A stretch of 63,706 bases of DNA, the filler included, from Octopus bimaculoides (lineage: Eukaryota), in the NCBI RefSeq assembly GCF_001194135.2. It is 7 parts of 6 records of this genome, joined end to end, with 100 filler letters (N's around TTAATTAATTAA, not from the genome) between each part and the next. Parts side by side here need not be neighbours in the genome. Positions count along the whole stretch, not along the records: positions 1 to 23,393 come from NC_068995.1; 6 more parts are not named here. One strand, given 5' to 3'. The notes under the pieces were generated by a model. The model ran no database searches, was not told where the DNA came from, and saw only the letters and a list, made by a program, of their open reading frames with translations. The position numbers were made by a program, and so were the translations under genes. Position 1 is the stretch's first letter; each line of letters opens with the position of its first letter. Below are positions 12,200-23,493 of this stretch, one piece after another.

Positions 12200-14362
12200 T
12201 TGCTGGTGAGTATTTACAAGTGTGATGAACCCACATACTGGCAGATTAACGCCTGTCTATATGCTCTGGCTACTATTGCAAAGTATTATATGAATGACAT
12301 TCAAAAAGTAAACAAAACCGAAATATCAAAGAAAGTACCAACATGGGTTTTGAAGACAGAGAAAAAGATAATTGGTTTACGGAAGACTATCAGTCATGTA
12401 ATGATGCTTATTGCATGCAAACAAGCAAATCACTATACGTCCCACCAACAGAAAGTAAAGAAGGAGATAAAAATGGTGTTTGGAGACAGCAAGAAAGAGG
12501 ACACTCACTTGCAAACTGATTACCCTCAAGCAAGAGCTACAAGCTGTCAGTGAAAAACTCAGACATCAGAAGAGAATAACCAAAAGAACAATAAATAAAA
12601 AATTTAACCGCAACCAGGCAACAGTATACAGATACATGAGAGGAGGAACAGTAAATATGACGGAAGCTCCTTCACGAGAAGATATAGACTCCTTCTGGAG
12701 GAAAATCTGGAGTGAAGAGATGAAATTTAACCAAGATGCTCTGTGAATGGAAGAATTCCGAAAAAAGTTATTGCTCCTGCATTACATCCAAGACATACAA
12801 CATTGATGGTGAAACTCTTGCAACTGTGATCCAAAAACTCCAGGATGGAAAAGCACCTGGAAGAGACTTGATTGTTGGATATTGGTACAAGAAGCTAACA
12901 TTCTACCGACCATATCTTATCAATTTGTACCAGCAAGCTCTCATTGGGAACAGTAGCATATCACACTGGTTAGCTCTGGCAGAGACAAAATTGATCCCCA
13001 AATGTAGAACCACCCACATGGCAAAAACTTACCGGCCAATTGCATGCCAGAACTTAATGTATAAAATATATACAGCAGGTTTAAACCTCTTCTTCCAGGA
13101 CCATTGTGTAACCAATAACATCATTACAGCAGAACAAGCAGCTGGGAAGAAGGGAGAACACATGTCACTAAAGAATACTACAGCCGAATAAAGAAAATTT
13201 GGACCTCAGAACTCCCTGCTTTCAATAAAACAGTGGCCCACAATGTGTTTGTAGTGCCAGTACTCATTAACATTTGGGCTGCTTGATTGGACGCTTGATG
13301 AGACCCGAGTCATTCAACACCCGAAAAATACTAACAAGCACACAATTTCCACATGAACAGGGATGTAGACCGCCTCTACCTAAAACGAAAGCAAGGTAGA
13401 AGAGGCTTAACATCGATCCAAAATGCATTTGAATGTCGCATCATATCCCTTCGGTGACATCTTTTAACTACCAAGTGTCGAAGTGCGTCCCTTGACCAAG
13501 TTTGCATGCATGAGGCTGATAATATCTTAAGACTTTGAAGGCAGCTCCTTGAGCAACACTCTTTGTCTGATAACCTAGAATACATGCTCAAAGAAGTCGC
13601 ACGATTCCACCGCAACGTATCATCAGATGAAAGAATGAGCCTATATGAGAAGACTATGCATAGATATGTTACTAGAAAGCTCCATGATGACAGTAACATC
13701 GATCATCAAAGCAGTTTATCATGGACCAATATCCAGATTACTACCTCCCACTTTGAACGGTATGCGTTTGCAATCCAGGAACAGGAAATATCAACCAAGT
13801 ACCTGATGCACAAAAGGGATAGAGATGCCGGTAAAGCTGCAAAGTGTGACAAGCGATGCAGACTTTGCGGAGTTCACACTGAAGATATCACCCACATCAT
13901 AAGCAGCTGTCCGAAAATGTCATTACGGTGTTATCTACCGATGAGATATGACGTTGTAGCTAGGACACTCTATAATACAATCTGTCGGAAGCATAATCCC
14001 AAGGACAAAAAAATAAGATCCCACAATATGGTGGTAGCCATGGCCACTTATAATAATAAGGAATACTGTTGGAATATACCAGTAAAGACCTCAGTAAAAT
14101 GTAAGCGCAACAGAGCTGATATAATGATTTGGGATAGTGAAAAAGAGAACACCTATGCTGGGCTATTGAGAAATCTGCAGTTGCTCTATCCAGATTACAA
14201 GTTCAGGTTTATGCCTGTAATTATTGGGGCCCTGGGATAGGTAACACACTGCCTAAATACCAATCTTGAGAAATTGGGCTTCTCAAAACCAGAAGGGAGA
14301 AAGCTAATTCGAAGACTACAGATCCAGTCCATCACTGGAACTGTAAAAATCTGTAAAACTTA
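12200..14362 (+). mobile_element. Second family of RLE-type non-LTR retrotransposon (R4/NeSL-like), internally deleted (RT core and part of RLE missing)
   Basis: KAPGRDLIVGYWYK, YRPIACQNLMYKIYT, QAAGKKG, then a jump to post-RT DVDRLYLKRKQGRRGL; CRLCGVHTEDITHIISSC, MRYDVVAR, RADIMIWD, MPVIIGALG; ends ITGTVKICKT*. Confidence 0.85.
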
Positions 14363-15195
14363 AGTCATCCAGGTGTTACGAGAATGTTTCATTTTGTCAA
14401 ATCAAAAAGGCTCCCGTTTTCACTGGAAGACGTTAAGATGATGACATCTAACTGTAAAGTCTGTACTGAACTAAAAGCAGCATTTTTCAAGCCTCTCAAT
14501 CTCATCTGATGAAGGCTAATCAACCGTTTGAGAGACTCAGTCTGGATTTCAAGGGTCCTCTACCATCAGTGACACTTAACAAATACCTGCTGACTATTGT
14601 TGACGAATACTCACGTTTCCGTTTGCATTTGCCTGTGCTGATACTTCTGCTTCTACTGCCATTTGTTGCCTCTCTCAACTGTTTGCTATTTGTGTAATGC
14701 CATCATACGTCCACAGTGATAGAGGATCTGCATTTATGTCAGAGGAATTGAGATCTTTCCTAATATAGAAAGGAGTAGCAACAAGTCGCACAACTCCATA
14801 CAATCTTCGTTGCAACGGTCAGGTGGAGAGACTGAATGGTACGCTGTGGAAAGCCATTACCCTATCCCTCAAATCCTGTGCTTTACCAATCAGTCATTGG
14901 GAGCAAGTACTTACAGGCGCTCTGCACGCTATCAGATCGCTGCTCAGCACAGCTACAAATGAAACTCAACATGTACGCCTATTTTCCTACAACTGCAAAT
15001 CTACGATGGGAACAACACTACCCAACTGGCTTCTGACTCCCGGACCTGTGTACTTGAAAAGGAATGTCAGATAATCCAAGTATGACCCCCTGGTTGATGA
15101 AGTAGAACTTTTAGACTGTAACCCTCAATACGCACTTGTACGTTTATCTGATGGACGGGAAACAAGCGTGTCACTGAGACAGCTGGTTCCAATCC
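14363..15195 (+). mobile_element. Ty3/Gypsy integrase fragment
   Basis: HPGVTRMFHFVKSK...CKVCTELK (HHCC finger), PFERLSLDFKGPLP...LTIVDEYSRF, HSDRGSAFMSEE, TTPYN..CNGQVERLNGTLWK (DDE core). Confidence 0.9.
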
Positions 15196-15640
15196 CCGAG
15201 ACTACCATACTGTAGGTTCTTATTTCTTTAACCTCGAAGTTTTCCTTCCAACGGATCTCATTATACAGTGCCCTAACTACATCATGTCTCATCAGTAGAT
15301 AAACCGCGGTGACATTTTTGGACAACTGCTTATGATGTGGGTAATATCTTCGGTGTTAACTCCACAAAGTCTGCATCGATTGTCACATTTTGATGCTTTT
15401 CCTGCGCCACTGTCCCTTTTGTGCATCAGGTATTTGGTTGATATTTCTTGTTTCTGGATTGCAAGCGCATATTTTTCAAAGTGGGAGGTAGTAATCCGGT
15501 TGTTGGTCCATGATAGACTGCTTTAATTATCAGTGTTACTATCATCATGGAGCTTTCTACTAACATATTCTGCTGATATTCGCCCAGCCTTTCATCTGAT
15601 GATACGTTTCGGTAGAGGCGTTTGACTTCTTCGGGCATGT
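15196..15640 (-). mobile_element. Inverted fragment of the same RLE family as 12200-14362
   Basis: Its reverse complement aligns to ~13585-14010 at roughly 80% by eye (e.g. aacgtatcatcagatgaaag; aaatatcaaccaa.tacctgatgcacaaaaggga). Confidence 0.88.
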
Positions 15641-16072
15641 ATGTATGCAGGTATGCATGTATGTATATATGTACGTACGTATGTGTGTGTATGTATGTAT
15701 GTATGTATGTATGTATGTATGTATGTATGTATGTATGTATGTATCAGTTCAAATATGCTGCAGGCATATTCGAAACTGTATGAATGCCTTTCATTGTATT
15801 TTGCAATGGAGAAAATTTCTTACTGCAGAGAATTAGGGGGTGCATACACCGATTCAGCCCATAACGCACCTAACCAGATTGTGGGATGCATGCATTCCAG
15901 AGTGGTTATCTCCTCTTCGGCCACAGACAACAGAAAGGTAACATTACGAACTGACACGAGAGACAGGTCCCTCTTATGATATTCCAGATATATTCAATGA
16001 CTAGTTGCGCTACTCAGCGGCTCACCATAAATACTGTACGTGGTGACAGCGCTAAGCAAATATGCTTGAGGA

Positions 16073-16117
<45 letters not shown>

Positions 16118-16180
16118 GTGTTGTGTATCCATGTATACTTATTGGCCATTCAACAATGTGTGCGTGCGCGAGCGCGCGTG

Positions 16181-16223
<43 letters not shown>

Positions 16224-16335
16224 ATATTTTTAAACTTCTTTTTCAATCTATATTTTGATATTCCCTTTTTATTTTTTATCTTTATTTTATATCTACACAT
16301 ATATTTTATGTGTTTTATATTTGTCTGGTGTAGTC

Positions 16336-16511
16336 GGGTGGGACTAGCACCTCTGATGGGGAGATTGTCGCACCCTTTTAGGATCGGTCTGCCCACCTTG
16401 GTCCCCACTTGACTCCCAGCTTTTACCTAGGGTTCCTCGTAACTATTTGCATGTAACAGCAGTCACACCCCCGGGCAACGGCTTCGACAGTCCGGCAAAA
16501 CTAGGTGAGGG
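16336..16511 (+). ncRNA. HDV-like self-cleaving ribozyme fold at RTE 5' end (predicted cleavage 5' of G16336)
   Basis: P1 GGGTGGGACT(A)GC 16336-48 / GCAGTCACACCC 16459-70. P2 TTTACCTAG 16422-30 / CTAGGTGAG 16501-09. P3 GGT/ACT around L3 TCCTCGTA 16434-41. P1.1 GG followed by GCAAC; short P4; catalytic-position C16496 in GCAAAA. Confidence 0.65.
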
Positions 16512-18742
16512 TAGCCGACGGATCTGAAACCCTCAGTGAGTAACTCAGAGTTTGCCTACCCTTGGCATGCAAAGACTGGTTCCGGCAGACTGGGCGGACG
16601 AGACCAAAAGTGGTCCAATGGCTAAGAAGGCGGTTCCAGCAGGCGTTGTGGAGCGCTTAGGACAGAACAAGGCGCGAAGACGTTCTGGTTTTCCACTGTA
16701 GCAGGAAGGTCTCCAACGTAACGGTTCACCGTGCCACTGGATCAAGGTCTCATCTGCCGAGAGAGTGGGACTGTCCGCGTGCAACGAGTCTTCCACTTTA
16801 ATCAACCTCTCGCATAAGTATTTATGTATCCCAATCCTAACTTCCCACTGATGTCCTGCGGCCACGGGGGAATGGCGAAAGTGACAGGTGGAGGTAGTCA
16901 CTGGAAGTCATAGTCACGAACCTGCAAATAGGCGGCTTGGGACTTTGGTCGTTGTCCTTTGGATTCGAGGCAGCGGAGGACTTCGGCAGCATCTCAGGAG
17001 ACTGAGCAACCGTTTACAAATGCACTGCTCACCCCAGTAAGGGAGAGACCTAGAAAAGGTGAACTAAACAAAGTCTGCCCTACGCCGTATGGCCAGTTTA
17101 CCGCAGCGGGCAGACTTACCGATTTGTAGTCGATTCCAATTGAAAAAGAAGAAACTCATCATCGGGACGTGGGACGTGCGTACCCTTTTTGATCGTGACA
17201 ATGTCCCAAGATCCCAGGGAAGGACAGCCCTTGTATCCACCGAACTGTCGAGATACAGCATCGACATCGCGGCCTTGAGTGAAACCCGACTAGCCGAAGA
17301 GGGATCGGTAACCGAATCCAACGGATACAACTTTTTCCGGAAAGGAAAGAACCAGAACGAAGACCGCCTCCACGGGATTGGACTTGCCACCGGACCCAAA
17401 CACTTCATACAGATCCCCGATCTCGCGAATGGTGTCAATGAAAGGCAGATGAATATCCGCCTCCCAATCAGCAACGGGCGATTCACCACTATCATTAGCG
17501 CCTACACCTCACCATGACATCCACGGAGGAAGTCAAGGAGCAGTTTTACACCGACCTTGACACTCTACAACGTACCACGCCTGCCACTGACACGCTCATC
17601 CTGTTGGGTGATTTCAACGCCAGAGTTAGCAGCGACTGCAATGAGAGGCGGTGAGTGATTGGGAAACACGATGTAGACAAGATGAACAGCAACGGACTTC
17701 TGCTGTGCAAGTGCGCAGAACATGAATTGCTCATCACAAACACAGTCTTTAGGCAGGCTGATAAATGCAAGAAAGCGTGAATGCATCCCCGATCTAAACA
17801 GTGGCATCTCATAGACTACATCATCACCCGTCAGCGCGACAGCAGTGACGTCCTCACCAACGGGGCAATGCGCACCGCCTTGTTCGAGCCAAGCTCAACA
17901 TTCGCATAGTCCCCCACCAACTCAAGCGCCCCGAGCTCATCAAATAGGCCTCCAACACAGCAAGACTCCAGTCTTCCAAATACCAGCGGGACTTCCAGAA
18001 CAGCCTTGATGAAATACTCGATGCAGCAGGTCTGCTTACTGGAGGACCAGAGGGAAAATGGAAACAAGTTCAAAGAAGCAGTCACTGAGACAGCTAAAGC
18101 AGTCCTTGGCCCCAAGAAGCGGTATCAAGACTGGTTTGACGAAAACAATAAAGCCATCGGAGCCCTGTTAAAAGAGAAGAGAGCCGCCTACATCAACTGG
18201 CAGAACCATCCCATCTGTGTCGCACGATGTGGCCATATTCAAGGAATGCAAGACCAAAGCTCAGAGTGAACTTCATGCCGTACAAAATGCTTAATGAGAA
18301 AAGAAAACCGAGGAAGTGCAGCTCTACGCCGACGTTGGCGTTAATCAGCTGCTTGGAGTTGTTCAACTCCAAGCAGCTGATTAATGCCATCAAAGTCATC
18401 TATGGACCTTCAACTAGAGAATCGGAACCCCTGCTCTCAGCTGATGGCTCCACCATCATCAAAAACAAAGAAAGTCACAGCGCAAGGTGGCAAGAACACT
18501 TCAACACTTCAGCCAGCTCAACCGCCCTTCCTTCGTCGACCAAACAGCCCTACAGCAGATCCACCAGCAGCCAACCCAGGAAGATCTGGACCTCCCGCCT
18601 AGCGGAGAAAAGGTACAGACCGTCATCAAACAGATGACCTACGGCAAAGAACCAGGAAGGGACGGAATACCTGCTGAGCTGTTCAAGTCGCTCGGATCCA
18701 CAGCCCTCAACACCTTCCATGACATCCTCTCGACCATCTGGT
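16336..18742 (+). mobile_element. RTE-clade LINE (BovB/RTE-like): intact-looking 5'UTR + APE endonuclease, truncated before the RT core
   Basis: GC-rich relative to flanks. ORF from 17089: IGTWDVRTLFD...IDIAALSETRL; ILLGDFNARV; WHLIDYII; YQDWFDEN; GKEPGRDGIPAELFK; frameshifted. Confidence 0.92.
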
Positions 18743-19057
18743 TCCAAGTTCAGTCCCACAATGTGGCATCCTAGACAAGTGTCTTCTACTATAGCCTTGG
18801 GTCCACCAAAGTCTTGTGAGTGGATTTGGTAGACGGAAACTGAAAGAAGCCTCTGTCAGTGCTTGTTCCCCATCTCTTGACAACCGGAATTGGTGTGTTT
18901 ACGGCCCCATAAGTTAGTCGTTCGGCAAAAGAGACCGATACAATAAGTATCAGGCTTTTAACAAAATAAGTACTGCAGCCGATTCATTCGACTGAAAATT
19001 CTTCAAAGCGGTGTCCCAGCATGGCTGCAGTCTAATGACTGAAATAAATGATAAAAT
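18743..19057 (+). mobile_element. 5'-truncated tRNA-derived SINE; related copies at ~26760-26870 and ~57065-57440
   Basis: B-box-like agttcagtccc; shared body gtcttgtgagtggatttggtagacggaaactgaaagaagcc and tail cccagcatggc..cag..aatgactgaaa found again at 57065-57440. Confidence 0.75.
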
Positions 19058-19629
19058 ATGTAAGTATATACGCATACGCGCATGTGTGTATGTATAAGCG
19101 TATACGCGCATGTATGTATGTATGTATGTATGTTATGTGAGGTCGCTCTTGTGTTCTACTGGTAACATGTAACCCAATACAAGCTGTTGCATGGTCGGGT
19201 CGTCGGCGACTAAACTGGCACTAAACTGGCACCAAGCCTGCTTGGTGAGGAGGGTGACTGTTGGACACCCAGCGGGGCGAAATATATGTCCCGTCAAAGG
19301 GAGGAGGAACTCATGAATAGTCAACTGCCATCCAACAAATATGTGTAAATATGTATATATCGTTTCCTTTATGTATCGTTTTTTTTTTATATTCTTTTAT
19401 ATATATCATGGATCCCAGGCTGTTATTACAGTATCCTTCTAAAAGAGGAAAACTTGAAATAAAACCTGCGGTTGATGTGATTACTGATCATCTGGCTTAG
19501 GCTTGTCACAAACAATAATCACTGAAACTTAGAGAGTGGTGCTCGTGTAGTACAAGCGTTTGCCACTATAATCCAGTGATGTACAGATGTCTCTTTTGTG
19601 TTCTTCTCATCTGTCTTTCTTACAGATGA

Positions 19630-21672
19630 AAGCCCTATGGCGATGGAGTGGCGACGTGTGCAGACCTGACAAATTGGAAGCATATAACTACAAATCTATA
19701 CATAGGTGGCACGGGTCTTATCATAACATCGTTGTTATGTCTTCCTGTAACAGGGGTTAACTCCGGTGGAGACACCTATGTCTGGGAAGCCCTATTAACG
19801 AGAGCACTGCTCACCCAAAGTCTTGGGACGGTGCTAGAAAAGGAGCACTAAAAATTGCGTGTCACATCAATGTTGGGTAGTTTACTGCGGCTATCTGCGG
19901 TTAATTCAAGCAGGAAAGAAAACAATTCATCACAAAGCAAAACATTTATGAAAAAACGAATTTAAATAAATATTTGCTGCTGGAATGTTAGAACTCTTCT
20001 GGACCAAAGCTCATCAAACCGACCAGAAAGATGAACCGCACTGGTAACAAAAGATCTTCAAAGATTACTTATACATATTGCAGCCTTGTCAGAAACACAC
20101 CTACTAGGGTGTGATCAGCTGACTGAAGCATCATCAGGTTTCACACTATTCTGGACAGGGAAACCAAAAGGAGAACAGCGAGATGGTGGTGTAGGTTTTT
20201 CAGTGCGTGGAACTCTAATACAACATTTACGGTACCCCTCTAGAATCGATGACCGTATAATGAAGCTGCGATATGCAACAACTCTGTCTTTTTATGTTCC
20301 AGCTCTCAAGGCCAGTGAGGAAAGTATTATGACATTTCATGAATCCCTTTGCACCACAATTATATCTACTCCAGTCGAAGAAAAAGTTATAATTCTTGGT
20401 GATTTCAATGCACGAGTTGGCAGAGTTCATGGGATATGGGATGCACTAGATCATTATGGCATCGGTAAGATGAATGCCAATGGTTTGAAGCTGATTGGGT
20501 TCTGTTCGTGGATCAATTGTACACAGCAGGAGCAGAAGAACTTGGATTCAGGGCATCAAAAAAAAACGACATAAAGATTGGTTTGATGATAATAATCTGA
20601 TTATCAGCCAACTTTTAAAGAAAAAACATGTTCTTCATGAAAAGCTTCTGGAAGAGTGCCCAACGAATTTAATTGCAATTAAAAAGACATATAAAGAATA
20701 TAAAGCCACCTTACAACGTGAGCTGAGAAGGCTTACGGTTACTAACGCGGCATCACTCTGTTGAAGTCTGTGGGAAAAATTCTTGCTAAATTATTGTTGA
20801 GCAGGTTGATGGAGGACATTTGTCCTACAGTGATCCCTGAATCACAAAGTGGCTTTATATCTGGCAGAATGACGATTGATATAATCTTCTCAGCAAGGCA
20901 GATTTAGGAGAAATGTATTGAGCCGAGGGTTCCTCTATATCAGGTCTTTGTTGATCTGACAAAAGCCTTTGATACGGTGAACAGAGGTGCACTGTGGAAA
21001 ATATTAGGGAAAATAGGGTTCCCACCAAAGTTTATTGATATGTTCGTTCGACTGCACAGAAATATGAAGGCTCGGGCTGTGTTGAATGGAAAATTGTCCA
21101 ATGAAATCGCAGTTGATAATGGCGTAAAGCAGGAAGATATCCTGGCTCCCACACGGTTTTCAATATTTTTTGCTGTGAGGATGACTCATGCATTCTAGGA
21201 CTGTGGAAAGGGTATTCTATTGCAAATTAGAACTACAGGAAGGTTTTTTGACCTAAGAAGGTTCAATTTCAAATCCAAGGTGTTTCAAATATTAATTAGA
21301 GAACTCTTGTATGTAGACGATGTTGACTTTTGGGCTTACTCTCAGGATGACATGCAACATATCATGGATTATTTTGCAGCATCTTGTAATGCCTTCCGCA
21401 TGGAAATTAATTTTAAAAAGACCAAGGTAATGTTCACCCATCACCAGGGGAACCATATGTCGAGCCAAATATAATGGTGCATAGAACTAGGTTGGGTGTA
21501 GTTGACACTTCTGTTTACCTGAGTACATTATCAAGGGATGGTTCAATGGATATAGAAATACACCTGCGCATTCAGAAGGCCTCTGTAGCCTTTGGAAAAC
21601 TCGAAAAGAGAGTGTGGGCAAATCATGGCATCAATATCAAGACCAAGATTAGTGTGTACATGCTGGCATTCT
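19630..21672 (+). mobile_element. Heavily degenerate, internally deleted RTE LINE (APE + RT)
   Basis: CWNVRTLLDQ..NRPER, AALSETHL, ILGDFNARVG, KDWFDDNN, FVDLTKAFDTVNR, GVKQEDILAPT.FSIFF, ELLYVDD, QKASVAFGKL. Confidence 0.88.
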
Positions 21673-21689
21673 AAGTGCACTGTTGTACT

Positions 21690-22700
21690 CTTCAGTCCAA
21701 TAGTCTGGAATATTCATATTCTTACTTCTTTGTTCATCACGCGCCGTCAGTAACATCTTATTTCCATTGCATTTACGTTATTTTCCCAGTTCTGCTGTTA
21801 ATGATCAAATCTCACAGGCGTATAGAAAGATGCAAATCACAAGTGGTCGCATTAGTCTAACTTTTGTGCAAACCCTAATGTTCCTGTCTTTCCCGATTGA
21901 CCTGAGTTTTGTGAGCACTACCGTTGCCTGTCCAATTGTAAGAGGATTCCTGGCCTGAATATTTCGTTGGCGACGATAGTTTCTAGCTGATTTGAACTTT
22001 CTGAAAGTTTTTTAATGTTTATCCGTTCACTGTGATGTCATATGCAGCCATTCGTTTGTTATTGTTGGCCACAATTTTGGTTTTCTCTGCGCTCATTTCC
22101 ATGCCGTACGCCTTTCAAGTACTGCGTAGCTATTTCACCAAGTTTTCCAGCTCTGTTTATGTTCCTGTTAAGCCATCGATTTCGTCTGTGAATCGGGGGT
22201 TGGCGACGGTTGAAGAACCAATACTGACTGTGCCTTTATTGTCTTCATGTGTATCCGACATGTTTATTTCCAGGAAGACATTGAAGATGATAGGTGAGAG
22301 CAGACATCCTTGATATACATCTACTGTTGTTCGAAACTAGTTTCTGATCATTCCGTTATAGTAGACAGCATTAGTTGCTTTCTCGTTTAGTTGTCTGTAG
22401 TCTTCAAACACGTTTAGGCTGATGTACTTTTTCATTGATGATCATTTAATGGTCGAGATATTTTTTCTCCAAGAACTCACAGATTGAAAGTTTGTTTCAT
22501 TGTGCTTTTGTTTTCCTTGAAACTAGCTTCTTCTGCAATTATTTTTTCTACTTGAGGTTTTTAGCCTGTTCAGAATGTTTCTCAATAGCACTCTGCTGGG
22601 CCGACTGACGAGGCCGAACATGCGGTAGTTTTTGCATTTCTTGAGCTTACCATTCTTGAGGAGAGTTATTATGATAGATTGTGTCCATGAACCTGTCAAA
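21690..22700 (-). mobile_element. RTE-like LINE RT fragment on minus strand
   Basis: NYRMFGLVSRPSRVLL; QGCLLSPIIFNVFLE...NPRFTDEIDGL...YGMEMSAEKTK; KVRLMRPLVICIFLYACE. Confidence 0.85.
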
Positions 22701-22897
22701 TTCAGTTCGAACACGCTATATATATATACATATATAATTATATGTGTGTATATGCATGTATGTATGTATGTCTGTATGTATGTATGTATGTATGTAGTTC
22801 GAATACGCTATATATATACATATATAATTGTATGTGTGTATATGTATGTATGTATGTATGTATGTAGTTCGAATACGCTATATATATACATATATAG
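22700..22897. repeat. Compound tandem repeat: ~2.4 copies of agttcgaayacgctatatatatacatatata + (GTAT)n
   Basis: Anchor motif at ~22703, ~22796 and ~22866. Confidence 0.85.
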
Positions 22898-22919
22898 TTT
22901 TCGTGCCTATCCTCACCTT

Positions 22920-23325
22920 TGGTCCTGAATGTTGGCAATGACCAAATGAGTGAGCTTGCGAATACAATTGGCAGATACTGGGTTCTACCAAAGGATTTCT
23001 GGAATAACGTTACTCGACAGGGTGCATAACTCGAAGAACAAAGGGGCTCTCCGGCTCGAGCTGCTACCTCTCTGCATTGAGCGGTCACAACTCCAGTACT
23101 ACGGATATGAGTGTCGCAGAAAAGAATCGGAAGATGATTCATCAAGTCGAACCAACCGAACGGAAAATTAGAAGTAGAACAGAAACTAGAAGGTTCGATA
23201 ATATCCACAGTCACAGTTGGTTGTGCTTGGGAATCCAGCCGGAGAGTCTAATGACGGTAAAAGACGCCATGAAAAAGGTGCATGAAGACTACTGCAACGA
23301 CCCTCCCAAGAATAGTGAACAGAGA
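22920..23325 (+). mobile_element. Degenerate 3' end of RTE-like LINE
   Basis: RIQLADTGFYQRISGITLLDRVHNS...LCIERSQLQYYG resembles the RT C-terminal consensus of RTE-type LINEs. Confidence 0.65.
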
Positions 23326-23393
23326 CTTGTGTGTGTGTGTGTGTGTGTGTGTGCATTTGTGTGTGTGTGCGCGTGTGTGTGTGCGTTTGTGTA

Positions 23394-23493
23394 NNNNNNN
23401 NNNNNNNNNNNNNNNNNNNNNNNNNNNNNNNNNNNNNTTAATTAATTAANNNNNNNNNNNNNNNNNNNNNNNNNNNNNNNNNNNNNNNNNNNN
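23394..23493. other. Artificial 100-bp scaffold spacer 44N-TTAATTAATTAA-44N (also 28167-28266, 45342-45441, 47639-47738, 55528-55627, 62368-62467)
   Basis: Identical geometry six times; the 12-mer has stops in all six frames. Confidence 0.95.

Noticed and set aside
16336-16520. Twister ribozyme reading of the RTE 5'UTR
   Set aside because: Lacks the UAA-P2-GC and YYYAAGC loop elements; the HDV-like fold fits much better.
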